Shown here: positions 28,701 through 38,514 of the stretch, piece after piece
How positions within the stretch are numbered: position 1 is the stretch's first letter
How the letters are laid out: every line of letters starts with the position of its first letter
Assembly (NCBI GenBank): GCA_000092065.1
Contig: CP000589.1
Source: Ostreococcus lucimarinus
Lineage: Eukaryota
DNA length: 64,000 bases
Strand: one strand, 5' to 3'
Position numbers and translations under genes: made by a program
The notes under the pieces: generated by a model
Databases searched by the model: none
What the model saw: only the letters and a program-made list of their open reading frames with translations
What the model was told of the DNA's origin: nothing

Positions 28701-29419
28701 GCGGGCAGGCTTACGTCATCTTGCGTCTCGTGAACGAATCCGGATCGTCTCGCATGTCTGAAGTGAAGGGCGCGGAGGAGGAATACGCTCGTCTCGTGAG
28801 CAAGTATCCAAATGTACGATTCGGACTCTTGCACGGGCAGTTGGGCGCGGACGAAAAAGCCGCGGCGCTAGAAAAGTTTAGTTCTGGAGAAACTCAAGCC
28901 CTGGTCGCTACGTCAGTCGTTGAAGTTGGTGTGGACGTGCCGAATGCGAGCGTCATCATCATCGAAGACGCAGACGGTTTCGGTCTCGCCGCGCTTCACC
29001 AGCTTCGAGGTCGTGTCGGACGCGGCGCACGTCAGTCGAAGTGCTTCTTGTTACACTCTCCTGGCGCAGGGGAGAACGCGGAGTTGAAGGGAGATCGCGC
29101 GCGCGACCGTCTTCGTGTGCTCGAGCAATCAAACAACGGCTTCCGAATTGCCGAGAGCGATTTACAGCTCCGCGGCGCTGGCGAGCTCTTCGGCACGAAA
29201 CAAAGCGGCCAGCAGGTGAACCTGTTCCACGCATCGATGTCAACAGATCTCTATTTACTCGAAGCCGCTCGCAAGGCGGCGGCAGAGATGATTTCACGCG
29301 CCTCCTTGCAACAGGAACCACTCCCGGCGCCGGTGACGGTCGCTTTAGAAACGCGGCCCGCGTTGATCCTCGACAACGCCATCATCTCTGGCGGTGCTCA
29401 AGCAGCGGCGACGAATTGA
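25730..29419 (+). CDS. RECG: Fusion protein: an N-terminal DEDDh 3'-5' exonuclease domain (DnaQ/RNase T-like) joined to a full-length RecG DNA helicase.
   Basis: The exonuclease motifs are Exo I FDLETTG, Exo II LVAHNARQFD and Exo III HRAGTDARVL, at about residues 170-345. The RecG part has a wedge-like OB region, then GDVGCGKT, VVDEQHRFG, MSATPIPRT, the C-terminal helicase lobe and QLRGRVGRG. It forms a single uninterrupted 1229-codon ORF starting at an ATG. Confidence 0.8.
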   Translation: MMTQDRLRAGLAYEMSNGCANAKGKAFDDFQSFLTASLRELERSHASPMLAHMVRDSTVYGNLDVDRRQRLLQNMSTALPGVIQRGETAPPARSPQTPRAWSPPSAAPVVERAGATSVVSSNMGGVASGSKRTPAVAAAKTKEDAPKTKAPTVSRDSSEFPTIIVFDLETTGLSKEKSRIIELAAQSLSDPSAAFSTLVNPGRFTIPAAITSLTGITNSMVSASNVPSFAMAAEQLEAFIESARQSRPGAPILLVAHNARQFDAAFMQHEYRRLGRELPSSWRFCDTLPLARALLRPEGLAKFNMDVLREYYGVSIDGEDTQMHRAGTDARVLAEILNKLLEHPNAKDDELGCLEKYSFSLGDPGAGSLKRATADAKSESERSSYAGGAPGWGGGGTVNLSDGEEADVGGGWAAVDEFANEENMEFESDSSSMSSNDVPLRGMQKPFWAAEDPINGILPETVDFQKLAEIAAKTDTSELRLDLERWKETSIEALKDKVPKSTMKALKAEGINTIEAVLRNCPRKYQEYSVWNKSLAQGTQVTLTGTVRSMQVRDYMRGRAIPNTVLVEVDVREDELTPTEDDPWGANKPRCKVKVWDYISKDAREEMPIGARVSVRGTLGTGDRNCQFSVDGGRVVPIAADAPVFASDSSEIVATYAKRGAMSNVEWHRAVNASMDIFLAKLPADPMEVSMGRDNPLLAELGLLSHSEAVKNIHRPRNVEAVAQARERLAFEELVLLQVALLQERSRLQALPVSESTEGVCIVGTALTDELRSELPFALTRSQESSLEEILSDMAGPAPMLRLLQGDVGCGKTVVAAMALLAAVGAGHQGAFMAPTEVLATQHHRVLTDLLSQMRDPPKVALLTGSTKTAERAQILEDLNDGKIGIIVGTHALIHEKVVFSSLGIAVVDEQHRFGVEQRAGLLAKGKLPPHMLTMSATPIPRTLAMTKFGEMALSVIDEKPAGRLPIITTVCGVDEHSQAYDSMCEEVSRGGQAYVILRLVNESGSSRMSEVKGAEEEYARLVSKYPNVRFGLLHGQLGADEKAAALEKFSSGETQALVATSVVEVGVDVPNASVIIIEDADGFGLAALHQLRGRVGRGARQSKCFLLHSPGAGENAELKGDRARDRLRVLEQSNNGFRIAESDLQLRGAGELFGTKQSGQQVNLFHASMSTDLYLLEAARKAAAEMISRASLQQEPLPAPVTVALETRPALILDNAIISGGAQAAATN

Positions 29420-29578
29420 TGAAACCCTAGTATTAACAATCGAACACATAGGCTCGCGCATGTTGACCATTTAGCGCTCACGTACACGCTAAACAAATCA
29501 TTCGACGCGCGCATTTAACCCTGCTTTCGGGTATCCGAACAACCACTCGACGCATCGACCGCATACTCGCACTCAACC

Positions 29579-30818
29579 ATGTCCACCATGTCCGCTTCCC
29601 TCCGCACCACGTCAACCGTCAACTTGCGCGCCTGCACGTACGTTTTCGGTCGCGTTAGCGCGTCGCGTCGCGCGTCACGACGTCGCGCACGTCGAGTAAT
29701 CCGCCTTATCCGCCGAGGGCCGACAAACAGGGCGCTTACGACAGTGTCGCGGTGTCTTCTCGGTGCAGTGACGGCGCGATCACGAAGCGATAAAGTATAC
29801 TGACGATGAACCGCGTTTTCGTGTGATACGCAGGACCCGACGCGCTAGCGTTCGAGCGTCCCGCTCGGTCACCGTGCGCGCCGCCGCCGACTACTCGCCG
29901 AAGAAGGCCTTCTTCTTCCCGGGACAAGGCGCGCAAACGGTCGGCATGGCGAAGGAGCTGTGCGAAGAGTGCCCCGCGGCGAAGGCGATGTTTGACACCG
30001 CGTCCGGCGTGCTCGGGTACGACTTGCTCGATGTGTGCGTCAACGGCCCGGCGGAGCGCTTGAACTCGACGGCGGTTTCCCAGCCGGCGATTTACGTGTC
30101 TTCTTTGGCGGCGCTCGAAAAGATGAAGATGTCGGACGAAGGTAAGGCGATGATCGACTCCATCGACGTCGCCGCGGGCTTGTCTCTCGGCGAGTACACG
30201 GCTTTGACCTTTGCCGAGGCGTTGTCTTTCGAAGACGGCTTGAAGCTCGTGAAGATTCGCGGTGAGTCCATGCAAGAGGCTGCCGATGCCACGCCCTCCG
30301 GTATGGCGTCCGTCATCGGCCTCTCCGCGGATAAGGCCGAAGAACTCGCCGCACGCGCCGCCGCCGAGTCCGGGGCGCCGTGCTCGGTTGCCAACTACTT
30401 GTGCAACGGTAACTACGCCGTGTCCGGCGCCATCCCGGCTATCGACAAGGTTGAAGAAATCGCCAAGCCGGAATTCAAGGCGCGTATGGTCGTGCGTCTC
30501 GCCGTCGCCGGTGCGTTCCACACCGACTTCATGGCCCCGGCCGCGGACAAGCTCAAGGCTGCGCTCGAAGCGACACCGATTAAGGAGCCGCGCATCCCGG
30601 TCATTTCCAACGTCGACGTCAACCCGCACACGGACGCCGCGAGCATTCGCGCCACGTTGGCGAAGCAGCTCACCAACCCGGTGCAATGGGAAACCACGAT
30701 GACCACGCTCCTCGGTAAGGGCTTGGAGTCTGCGACGGAAGTTGGTCCGGGCAAGGTGATCAGCGGTATCATGAAGCGCGTGGATAAGGCGTTTGCGTGC
30801 GACAACTTCACCGTTTAA
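29579..30818 (+). CDS. FABD: Malonyl-CoA:ACP transacylase (FabD/MCAT), plastid type. I propose a two-exon model: join(29579..29637, 29834..30818).
   Basis: FFFPGQGAQ and GLSLGEY (GxSxG) are present, plus the rest of the MCAT fold. The long ORF's own start at 29823 is a GTG, not an ATG. An upstream ATG exon (MSTMSASLRTTSTVNLRAC) ends at an AC|GTACGT donor and joins in frame at a ...gtgatacgcag|G acceptor. Together these give a Ser/Thr/Arg-rich transit peptide of about 44 aa. Confidence 0.75.
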
Positions 30819-30897
30819 ACTCGAACGCGTGTAATAAATTATTAGCTACAACATCCAATGGGTGCGTCATTAAATAATAGGGAAACGGATGCTACGG

Positions 30898-31959
30898 TTA
30901 CTTGACTTGTCTGATTTTGCACTCGCGCACGAGCGGAAATTTTGTTTTGATGGCTTGCGCGATGGAGAAGGCGAGCGCTTTCGGTCCTCTAAACTTCAAC
31001 ACGCACACGCCCCTTTCGAGCGACTCCACGCTCGCCTCGCCCCCGTAGCTCGCGATAGACTTTCGAAGCTTTTCCAAATGCCCCTCGATCGTCTCGATCG
31101 TCATCTCTTCCAATTCACCGCTCACGTCGACGACTTCTTCCACGGCGTCGCCGAATTTTTGCTTTAAAAGTTTTTCGATCCCCCCCTTCATCGTCGCCGA
31201 CGACGACGCGCACGTCCCGCACGCCCCATTCAACCGCACGACGATGATCTTGCCTTCAATCTTCACGAGCTCGACGTTACCACCGTCGGCGACCAAATAC
31301 GGTCGCACCTCGTCGAGCGCTTCGTCCACGTTTTCCATCGTCGGCGGCAACTTCGGCGACTCGTCCACCGCGTCCGCGTTCTCCTCTTTCGCCGCCTCCG
31401 CGAACGGACTCACCACGCTCGCGCTCGCATCCGCGCCCTCGATTCCCGTCGCGCTCACCTCCGCCTCCGCCGTCCCGCTCGCCGCCCCGTCCTCCGCGTC
31501 CCGCGCCCCGTTCGCCCCCCCCGTCTCCCCCTCTCCCAGCGCCTCCCGCCACCGTCGCGCCTCCGCGCGCAGCGTCGCTCGCGTCGCCATCGCCGCGTTC
31601 CGAAACGCCATCACGCGCGCCGTGCGCGCGCCCTCGCCGTCCCGCGCTCGCGCCGCCCGCAGCGCCGTCGCCACGTTCGTCGCGTAGTCCACCCCCGTGC
31701 ACGTCCCTCGCGCGTCGAACGTCGCGAACACCCCCGCCGGCGCGTCGCGCGCGTACAGTTCCAGCCACGCGTCGACGCTCGCGCGCGCCGTGCCGTCCTC
31801 GGCGAGCGCTCGCGGCGCGCGCGCTCGCGCCGTCGCGCGCCGACGGTCCGCGCGCGCGCGCACGCGCCGCGCCGCGACGCGCGCGTCGCGCGCGCGCGTC
31901 GGCGCGCGCGCGGGACCGCGCGACGCGACGCGCGCGTCGGCGCCTCGCGTCGCGCGCAT
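30898..31959 (-). CDS. NFU: Chloroplast-type NFU (NifU-like) iron-sulfur scaffold protein with an extended N-terminal region.
   Basis: The NFU domain with CxxC (LNGACGTCASSS) is followed by a degenerate second NFU domain, as in plant NFU1-3. About 200 residues precede the NFU domain. The ORF-track start at 32163 is a TTG. The first ATG is at 31959. Confidence 0.75.
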   Translation of the reverse strand: MRATRGADARVASRGPARAPTRARDARVAARRVRARADRRRATARARAPRALAEDGTARASVDAWLELYARDAPAGVFATFDARGTCTGVDYATNVATALRAARARDGEGARTARVMAFRNAAMATRATLRAEARRWREALGEGETGGANGARDAEDGAASGTAEAEVSATGIEGADASASVVSPFAEAAKEENADAVDESPKLPPTMENVDEALDEVRPYLVADGGNVELVKIEGKIIVVRLNGACGTCASSSATMKGGIEKLLKQKFGDAVEEVVDVSGELEEMTIETIEGHLEKLRKSIASYGGEASVESLERGVCVLKFRGPKALAFSIAQAIKTKFPLVRECKIRQVK

Positions 31960-32270
31960 CGTCGGCGCGTCGCGCGGCGTCGCGCGGCGTCGGCGTGTGC
32001 GGCGCCATCGCGCGACGCGAGTCTTCGACGCGCGAGCGCGCGCGAGCGAGCGCGAGCGCGCGAGCGACGCGCGAGCGAACGCGCGAGCGAACGCGCGAGA
32101 CGCCGCGGCGCCGACGCGACGCGCGCGCGCGAGAGGGCGACGACGCGAGAGGCGCGAAAACAAGATCGATCGCGAACGTTCGATCGACGACGCGCGCGCG
32201 GCGAGGGCTCGACGCTGAACACGAGGCGAAACGCGCGAAAGCGTCGTGAAACGCGCGCGCGCGACGCGAG

Positions 32271-33932
32271 ATGTCGGCGATGGATCTGCAGGGCGTCGGG
32301 CGAGAGACGCGGAAGGCGGCGGCGGAGGACGATCGCGCGGAGGACGCGCCGGCGACGAACGCGGAGGACGAGAGCGAGCTCGATATTTGGCGCGCGGCGG
32401 CGTATGGGAACGTCGACGCGATGAAACGGATGATCGATGCGGACGAAGGGTGCGTGAACGCGCCGGATGGGTCGGGATTCCGCGCGCTGCAGTGGGCGGC
32501 GCTGAATAATAGAGTCGCGGCGGCGACGTTGTTGCTCGAACGCGGGAGTTCGATAAACGCGGGGGATAACGATGGACAGACGGCGCTGCATTGGGCGTGC
32601 GTGCGAGGGTCGCTGCCGTGCGCGGAGTTGCTGCTGCGGAAAGGAGCGGAGTTGAACGCGGCGGATTCGCGGGGATACGTGCCGCTGCACGTCGCGGCGC
32701 AGTACGGTCACACCGGGATGATTTATCACTTTAAAATGCGATGGAACATCGATGTTGACGTCACCGATCACGACGGTCGAACGGCGCTGCACTGGGCGGC
32801 GTACAAAGGGTTTCCCGATCCCGTCAAGTTGTTGGTGTGCATGGACGCGGACGTGTACCGGGCGGATAAGGAAGGCTGCACCGCGCTGCACTGGGCCGCC
32901 ATCAAGGGCAAGAGCGAAGCCGCGCATTTAATAGTCCGCGCCGGCGGTTTGAACGCCATGACGGCGGTCGACGTCGACGGAAACACGGCGGAGGCGCTCG
33001 CGCTCGAGAAAGGCCATCACCTCCTGGCGAATTTCCTCGCCAAGGAGCAGCGCGCGCTTTTGAGGCGCGATAATTTTTGGACGCAAAAAGGCTTGGCTGT
33101 CGCGTGCCTCGGCCTCATCGTCGGATTGATGCTGATGTTCTCGCATTACGTCATCTTCGCCGAAGGCGTCGCCACGATGGACGTGACGTTGTCGTTTTGG
33201 TCGCTCGTCAGCCTCGCCTCGGCGAGCTGCGGATTGTACTACATGAAGCGCGTCTCGCAAGCCGACCCGGGGGTCGTCACCGCCTCTATTTTATCCTCCA
33301 TTCGCCGAGGCGCGCGACCGAGCTCGGCGGCGCATGACGTGGACGAGCGATTAAATCACGCCGAGCTTTGGGCCGGAAACTGGAACCAGCTCTGCGTGAC
33401 GTGCAAATTCGTCAAGCCGTTCGGCACGAAGCACTGCGCGGTGCGCGACAAGTGCGTGGCGCGTTTCGATCACTACTGTCCGTGGATGGGGAACACGATC
33501 GGGAAGAGAAATCACAGAGACTTCGTCATCTTTCTCATTCTCGAGTCTCTCGCCATGGCGATCGCCTTTTGCGTCGCCATCGCGCGTTTCAACGAAGAGT
33601 CTCCGACGGAGCGCTTTCGCTCCACCGGGGGCATCGCCTGCTTCGCCGTCTTCGACGCCCTCACTCTCCTCCCCGTCGCCTTGCTCACCGTCGCCCAGCT
33701 CAGTCAAGCCGCCCGGAACATCACCACCAACGAGCTCTCCAACGTCCATCGCTACGCCTACCTCAAATCCGCCGAGGGCAGGTTCGCCAATCCGTTCGAC
33801 CGCGGCTCGTTCGCGCGCAACCTTCGCGCGTTTTTCCTCGTCGGCAAGAAGGAGCCTCTGATCGACGACGTCGCCGCGCGCGGCGTCGCCGTCGGGTTCG
33901 ACGAGCGCCACCCCTTAGATCGCATCGCTTGA
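32271..33932 (+). CDS. Ankyrin-repeat DHHC-type protein S-acyltransferase (Akr1/ZDHHC17/TIP1-like).
   Basis: About six ANK repeats (GxTALHWAA...) are followed by TM helices and a DHHC-CRD: CVTCKFVKPFGTKHCAVRDKCVARFDHYCPWMGNTIG. Confidence 0.85.
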   Translation: MSAMDLQGVGRETRKAAAEDDRAEDAPATNAEDESELDIWRAAAYGNVDAMKRMIDADEGCVNAPDGSGFRALQWAALNNRVAAATLLLERGSSINAGDNDGQTALHWACVRGSLPCAELLLRKGAELNAADSRGYVPLHVAAQYGHTGMIYHFKMRWNIDVDVTDHDGRTALHWAAYKGFPDPVKLLVCMDADVYRADKEGCTALHWAAIKGKSEAAHLIVRAGGLNAMTAVDVDGNTAEALALEKGHHLLANFLAKEQRALLRRDNFWTQKGLAVACLGLIVGLMLMFSHYVIFAEGVATMDVTLSFWSLVSLASASCGLYYMKRVSQADPGVVTASILSSIRRGARPSSAAHDVDERLNHAELWAGNWNQLCVTCKFVKPFGTKHCAVRDKCVARFDHYCPWMGNTIGKRNHRDFVIFLILESLAMAIAFCVAIARFNEESPTERFRSTGGIACFAVFDALTLLPVALLTVAQLSQAARNITTNELSNVHRYAYLKSAEGRFANPFDRGSFARNLRAFFLVGKKEPLIDDVAARGVAVGFDERHPLDRIA

Positions 33933-34873
33933 TTCGTAATCAACGTTTCACAGTCGTCCCGCGCGTCCTCGTCGATCCGCCTCGTCGATCCGTCGTCGCC
34001 TCGCGCGCTCGCCTGGGTGCCCACGCCAACGGTCGTGGCATTTTCCACATCGATCGTCATCGCGCGACGCACCGTCGCGTCGACGCCGCGCCGATCGCGC
34101 GCCGCGCGCGACGCGAACGATCGACTCGAGCGCGACGCGCGACGCGCGCGCGCGACGCCGAACGAACGACGAACGACGAACGATCGAACGATCGAACGAT
34201 CGCTCGCGGTTTGAACAGATTTGAAACCGAAACGACTCGACGACGGCGATGCCCAACGCGACGACGCGCGGGACGACGCGGACGATCGCGGGACGCGCGA
34301 TGACGCGCGCGACGACGCGGTGCGTGACGCGCGCGCCGCCGAAACCGCGGACGCGGACGGGGAGCGACCGCGCGGTGCGAAGCGCGCCGGCGCCGGTGAG
34401 CGCGGCGCAGCGAAGAAAACCGCGAGGACGGCGATCGCGCGATGCGACGGACGACGATCGCGCGGACGATGGGAACGGTGGCGATGGTGGCGATTGGTTC
34501 GGCGGCGGCGGCGGCGGCGGCGACGGGGGCGACGGCGACGACGGCGAGGACGAGGACGCGTTTCGAATGGACGCCGACGAGTTGACGGCGTTCGAGCGCG
34601 CGTTGTTCTCGGAGATTGAGGTCATGGACGCGCACGCGTTGTACGCGTGGCAGAGCGCGTGCGCGGTGACGCTCGTCGGGTGCGTGCAGCACGTGATCGA
34701 CGTCGCCGCGGCGAGAGCGCGCGGGTTCGGCGACGCCGTCGCCTTCGCGTGAGCGATCCGAGACGACGAACCGGTCGTCCGCGCCGACGCGCGCTGTACG
34801 CTACGAAGCCATCACGTGGAGTGTTGTGCATTATCTTTTTCCGATCCACGGTGTTGTATATCAGTTGTAAACG

Positions 34874-35767
34874 ATGCGAAGCGAACGCGTTCGTCCGCAC
34901 TTCGCCGCGCGCGCGATGGCGTCGCGCCCTCGAGTCCTCGTCCTCGCCCGCGCGTCGTCCGCGTCGTCCGCGACGACGCGCGCTCCCGAGTACCGCGCCG
35001 CGGGCTATCGCACGTTCGTCGATCCATCGCCGAGCGCGAGCGCGACGCGCGTAAAGATTGACTGCGGACCCGTGCGCGCCTACACCGGCGGACGTTACGA
35101 CGGCGACACGCTCCGCGCGCCGTGGGATTCGGCGCAGACGACGCCCAAGGGCGACGGAGCGTCGAACTCGACGACGCAGCGCACGTACGTGTTCGACACG
35201 ACGCTCGCCGGGGCGAGCGAAGTGCTGAGCGTGACGGCGGCGAGGCCGCTGGGAATAATCTTCGAAGACGACGCCGACGGACGCGCGCGCGTCGCTGATT
35301 TCGTGAAAGGGAGCGATGCGGCGCGAGCGAACGACGTCGCGGCGCTGGCGCCGTTCGGAAGGCAGTGCGCGCGACGAGGGGACGTGCTGCGGGCGTTCAC
35401 GGCGACGCAGGTGGTGTATCGGACGACGGCGGCGCTGACGGGGGATTTGAGCGGTACGAAACGCGTGCGGACGCTGTTCGGCGCGGACGAGGTGCCGTGG
35501 GGGGAGGTGAGCGCGGCGTTGGCGAACGGGAGGGTGGCCGATGGGCCGATCACGTTGGTATTGGAACGCGACGGCGATCGCGAACGCGCCGAAAATTGGC
35601 CGAGAAGAGAAGAGGAGCTCGAGTTTAGGGGGTTGGGCGACGAGAGCACGCAGGCGAAGAGGCAGCGAGAACGCTTCGAATCGGATGAAGACACCGAACG
35701 GGCGAATATCGCCTTCGCGGGCGCGATCGCGGCGTTTGTTCTGTTGATCCTCGCCGGGTTCTCGTAG
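34874..35767 (+). CDS. Hypothetical protein with a presequence-like N-terminus, a PDZ-like segment and a C-terminal TM anchor.
   Basis: The ORF has an ATG start. GIIFEDDADGRARVADFVKGSDAARA...GDVLRA resembles a PDZ beta-strand/helix pattern. The C-terminus is hydrophobic (IAFAGAIAAFVLLILAGFS). Confidence 0.4.
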   Translation: MRSERVRPHFAARAMASRPRVLVLARASSASSATTRAPEYRAAGYRTFVDPSPSASATRVKIDCGPVRAYTGGRYDGDTLRAPWDSAQTTPKGDGASNSTTQRTYVFDTTLAGASEVLSVTAARPLGIIFEDDADGRARVADFVKGSDAARANDVAALAPFGRQCARRGDVLRAFTATQVVYRTTAALTGDLSGTKRVRTLFGADEVPWGEVSAALANGRVADGPITLVLERDGDRERAENWPRREEELEFRGLGDESTQAKRQRERFESDEDTERANIAFAGAIAAFVLLILAGFS

Positions 35768-35828
35768 AGCTGTAGAGGAGAAATCGAAATCGCGCGCGCA
35801 TTGTTTGTACATTGATTTATACATTCAT

Positions 35829-37308
35829 TTAAAGTTTCCTTCGCTCGGCTTCGACTTTTCCTTTCAGTCTTTCGTGCGTGCGGTTTCGAGACGGCGTCGG
35901 CTCCGGCGTCGTGTCGGTGTCGATGCCCACGACCGTGCCGCCGGCTATCTCCTCCGCCAGCGACGCGTCGACGCTCAGTTTGTTCGACGTGTCCAGGAAC
36001 AACATCAAGTCGCGATTTTCTTCCTCGAGTTCTTTGATTCTCGCGTCTTTTATCGCCAATTCGATCGTTTTACGCTTTTCAGCGCGCGTCGCTTCCGCCC
36101 TGAGCGTCTCGACGTTTTCAGCCAACGTATCGCTGAGCGCGTGCGCGTGCTCGAGCTCGTCGCGGAGCTGTTCAATCGACGCCACGTGCGACGCGTTCGC
36201 CTTTTGAAGCATTTTCAATTCACGTTTGGCGTCCTTCGCTTCGCTCATCGCTCGCGCCACCACGGCGGCGTTCCTACTGTCCTCGTCTTCTCGCGAGATC
36301 GTCCCCGCGCACCTCGCGTTGGCCGTCTGGAGCAAGCCTTCGAAATACTTGCGTTGCGATTCGAGCTGTGACGTCAAGAGTAAGTCGTACTCGCTCGCGA
36401 TGGCGTCGAGTTTGGACGCCACCAGCGCTTCCTCGAGTTGTGCGTCCAAATCGCCGACGTCTGGCGCGCGAATCGGCGAGCACGCCGCGCCGCTCGCGTC
36501 CGAAGACGACGCCCTTCGCGTCGACGGCGGCGGCGTCAGTTCGACGAGTCCGCTCTTGCTCTGAATCAACCGGTGCACGAAGCCATCTGAGACGTAATCC
36601 CACACGCGTTGCGTTCCGAGCTCGAGCGCGTACGTGTGATTCGTCTCCGTCCAGTGATTCACCGCGCACGCCCCCGCGTAGCGTCCGCACCGCACTTCGC
36701 CGCAAATCAAGCACACCCACAAATCGTGATCCTTACCGCACGTCGCGCACCGCGCCTTGCTCTCCGGCTCGTGCGCGTACCGACACACCGGACACGACGC
36801 GTCCGCCCACCCGCTCAGGCACTCCGCGTGAAACGCGTGTTCGCAAATCGTCGTCACTATTCCCGACGCCTCCGCGTCCAGCCTATCCAGGCACACCGGA
36901 CACGTCGGCACCTCCGTTCCCAGCGTCCCGCTCGCCTCCGCCCCCTCCTCCACGCGCACCACGCGCACCGCCACGCACGTCTCCTCCCGTCCCATCGCGT
37001 ACCTCCGCCCGTGATAATTCTCCACGAACGCGTCCGCCGCGTCGCCGTCGTCGAACTCCAGCACCGCGTCGTACGTCGACCGCGCGCCGTCGCCGCGTCC
37101 CGCCACCGCGCGCACCGACCGCGTCGTCGCCATCGCGCCCGCGACGAATCGACAGAAATCCGCGATCGCGATCGCGCTCGGCACGCCGACGACGCACGCC
37201 GCGTTCGCGTTCCGTCGCGTCGTCGTCGCGCATCCGTCGTCGCGCGTCGTCTTGAACAATCGCACGCGTCCGCGCGTCGCGCCGACCGTCGGCGCGCCGT
37301 CGGCGCGT

Positions 37309-37345
<37 letters not shown>

Positions 37346-37370
37346 GCTCGACGCGCGCGGCGTGCGCCAT
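35829..37370 (-). CDS. BRAP: BRCA1-associated protein (BRAP2/IMP) family E3 ligase, with a BRAP2 N-terminal domain, a RING, a UBP-type zinc finger and a coiled coil.
   Basis: CPVCLDRLD...CEHAFHAECLSGW...CPVCRY forms a RING. CATCGKDHDLWVCLICGEVRCGRY...NHW forms a ZnF-UBP. A long C-terminal coiled coil follows. The ATG is at 37370. Confidence 0.85.
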
Positions 37371-37422
37371 CGCGACGCGCCGACGGTCGTCTTTGACGCG
37401 TCACTCTCTGACGCGCGCGTCG

Positions 37423-38514
37423 ATGGCGACGACGACGACGGCGCGCGTCGACGCGCGCGGCGCCTTCTTCGAGCGATTGCACGCGCTCGCGCCCGCGCGC
37501 CGGCGCGACGACGGCGACGACGCGCGACCGCGCGGGAGGTTCGCGCGCGCGCCGAGCGCGAGGGCGGCGGCGCGACTGCAGCGAAAGACGACGAAACGGG
37601 CGGCGCTGACGCCGCGAGGGCGCGCGCGCGCGGGCGACGCGCGCGACGCGCGCGATGACGACGACGGCGCGAGCGATTCGGAGGCGAGCGCGGAGGACGG
37701 GCGCGCGGACGCGGACGGGAGGGGAGGCGACGACGACGACGACGACGACGAAGACGACGAAGACGCGCGGGCGAGGTGGAGCTTCGAGAGACGGTCGGAG
37801 GATAAGCTGGAGGCGCTGCGAGAGCGGTTGAGGAAGAAGATTGAGAGCAGTCGCACGGCGAGGCGGGCGGTGGAGACGGCGGAGACGGCGAGGGATGCGA
37901 AGGAGTGGCGGGAGCGGAGGAACGAGGCGAAGCGAGAGAAAAAGAGAAAGGAACGCGCGAACGCGACGTTGACGGAGGCGAGGAGGGGGGAGAAGAGGGC
38001 CAAGGGCGTCGATGGCGAGGCGAAGGGTGGGATGGGCGCGGGCGGGGGAGGCGCGAGCGATATGGCGTTCGGTCGGATCACGACGGACGACGTCGCGCTC
38101 AACTCGGGGCGGAAAAAGAAGAAGGAATCCAAGGAAGCGCTTTTGCGTAAAGTGCAAGCGCGCCAGAAGGCGATCGACGACGCCGGTGGCGAGGAAGGCG
38201 GTGGTAAGGCGGTCGCGGAGAAATTTGCGTGGGAGGCGGCGCTTTCGCGCGCGTCGGGTGAAAAGGTTTTAGACGACCCAAAACTCTTGCAAAAGAGCAT
38301 CAAACGCGAGGCCAGGGCGAAGAAGAAGAGCCGCGAGAAGTGGGAAGAACGCACGGCTAAGGTTAAAGAACAAATGGACGCGGCACAAACGAAACGCAAG
38401 AGCAACATCAAGGCTCGCAAGGACGGAAAGATGGAGCGAAAGATGGACAAGGCGTCGAACAAACGCAACCGTCCGGGGTTCGAGGGTCGAAGCGACGGCT
38501 TCATCAACAAGTAG
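37423..38514 (+). CDS. SURF6/Rrp14-family nucleolar protein.
   Basis: It is highly basic and acidic, and has the C-terminal SURF6 domain ending ...KRNRPGFEGRSDGF. An ATG at 37423 lies within ORF 37252..38514. Confidence 0.7.
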   Translation: MATTTTARVDARGAFFERLHALAPARRRDDGDDARPRGRFARAPSARAAARLQRKTTKRAALTPRGRARAGDARDARDDDDGASDSEASAEDGRADADGRGGDDDDDDDEDDEDARARWSFERRSEDKLEALRERLRKKIESSRTARRAVETAETARDAKEWRERRNEAKREKKRKERANATLTEARRGEKRAKGVDGEAKGGMGAGGGGASDMAFGRITTDDVALNSGRKKKKESKEALLRKVQARQKAIDDAGGEEGGGKAVAEKFAWEAALSRASGEKVLDDPKLLQKSIKREARAKKKSREKWEERTAKVKEQMDAAQTKRKSNIKARKDGKMERKMDKASNKRNRPGFEGRSDGFINK

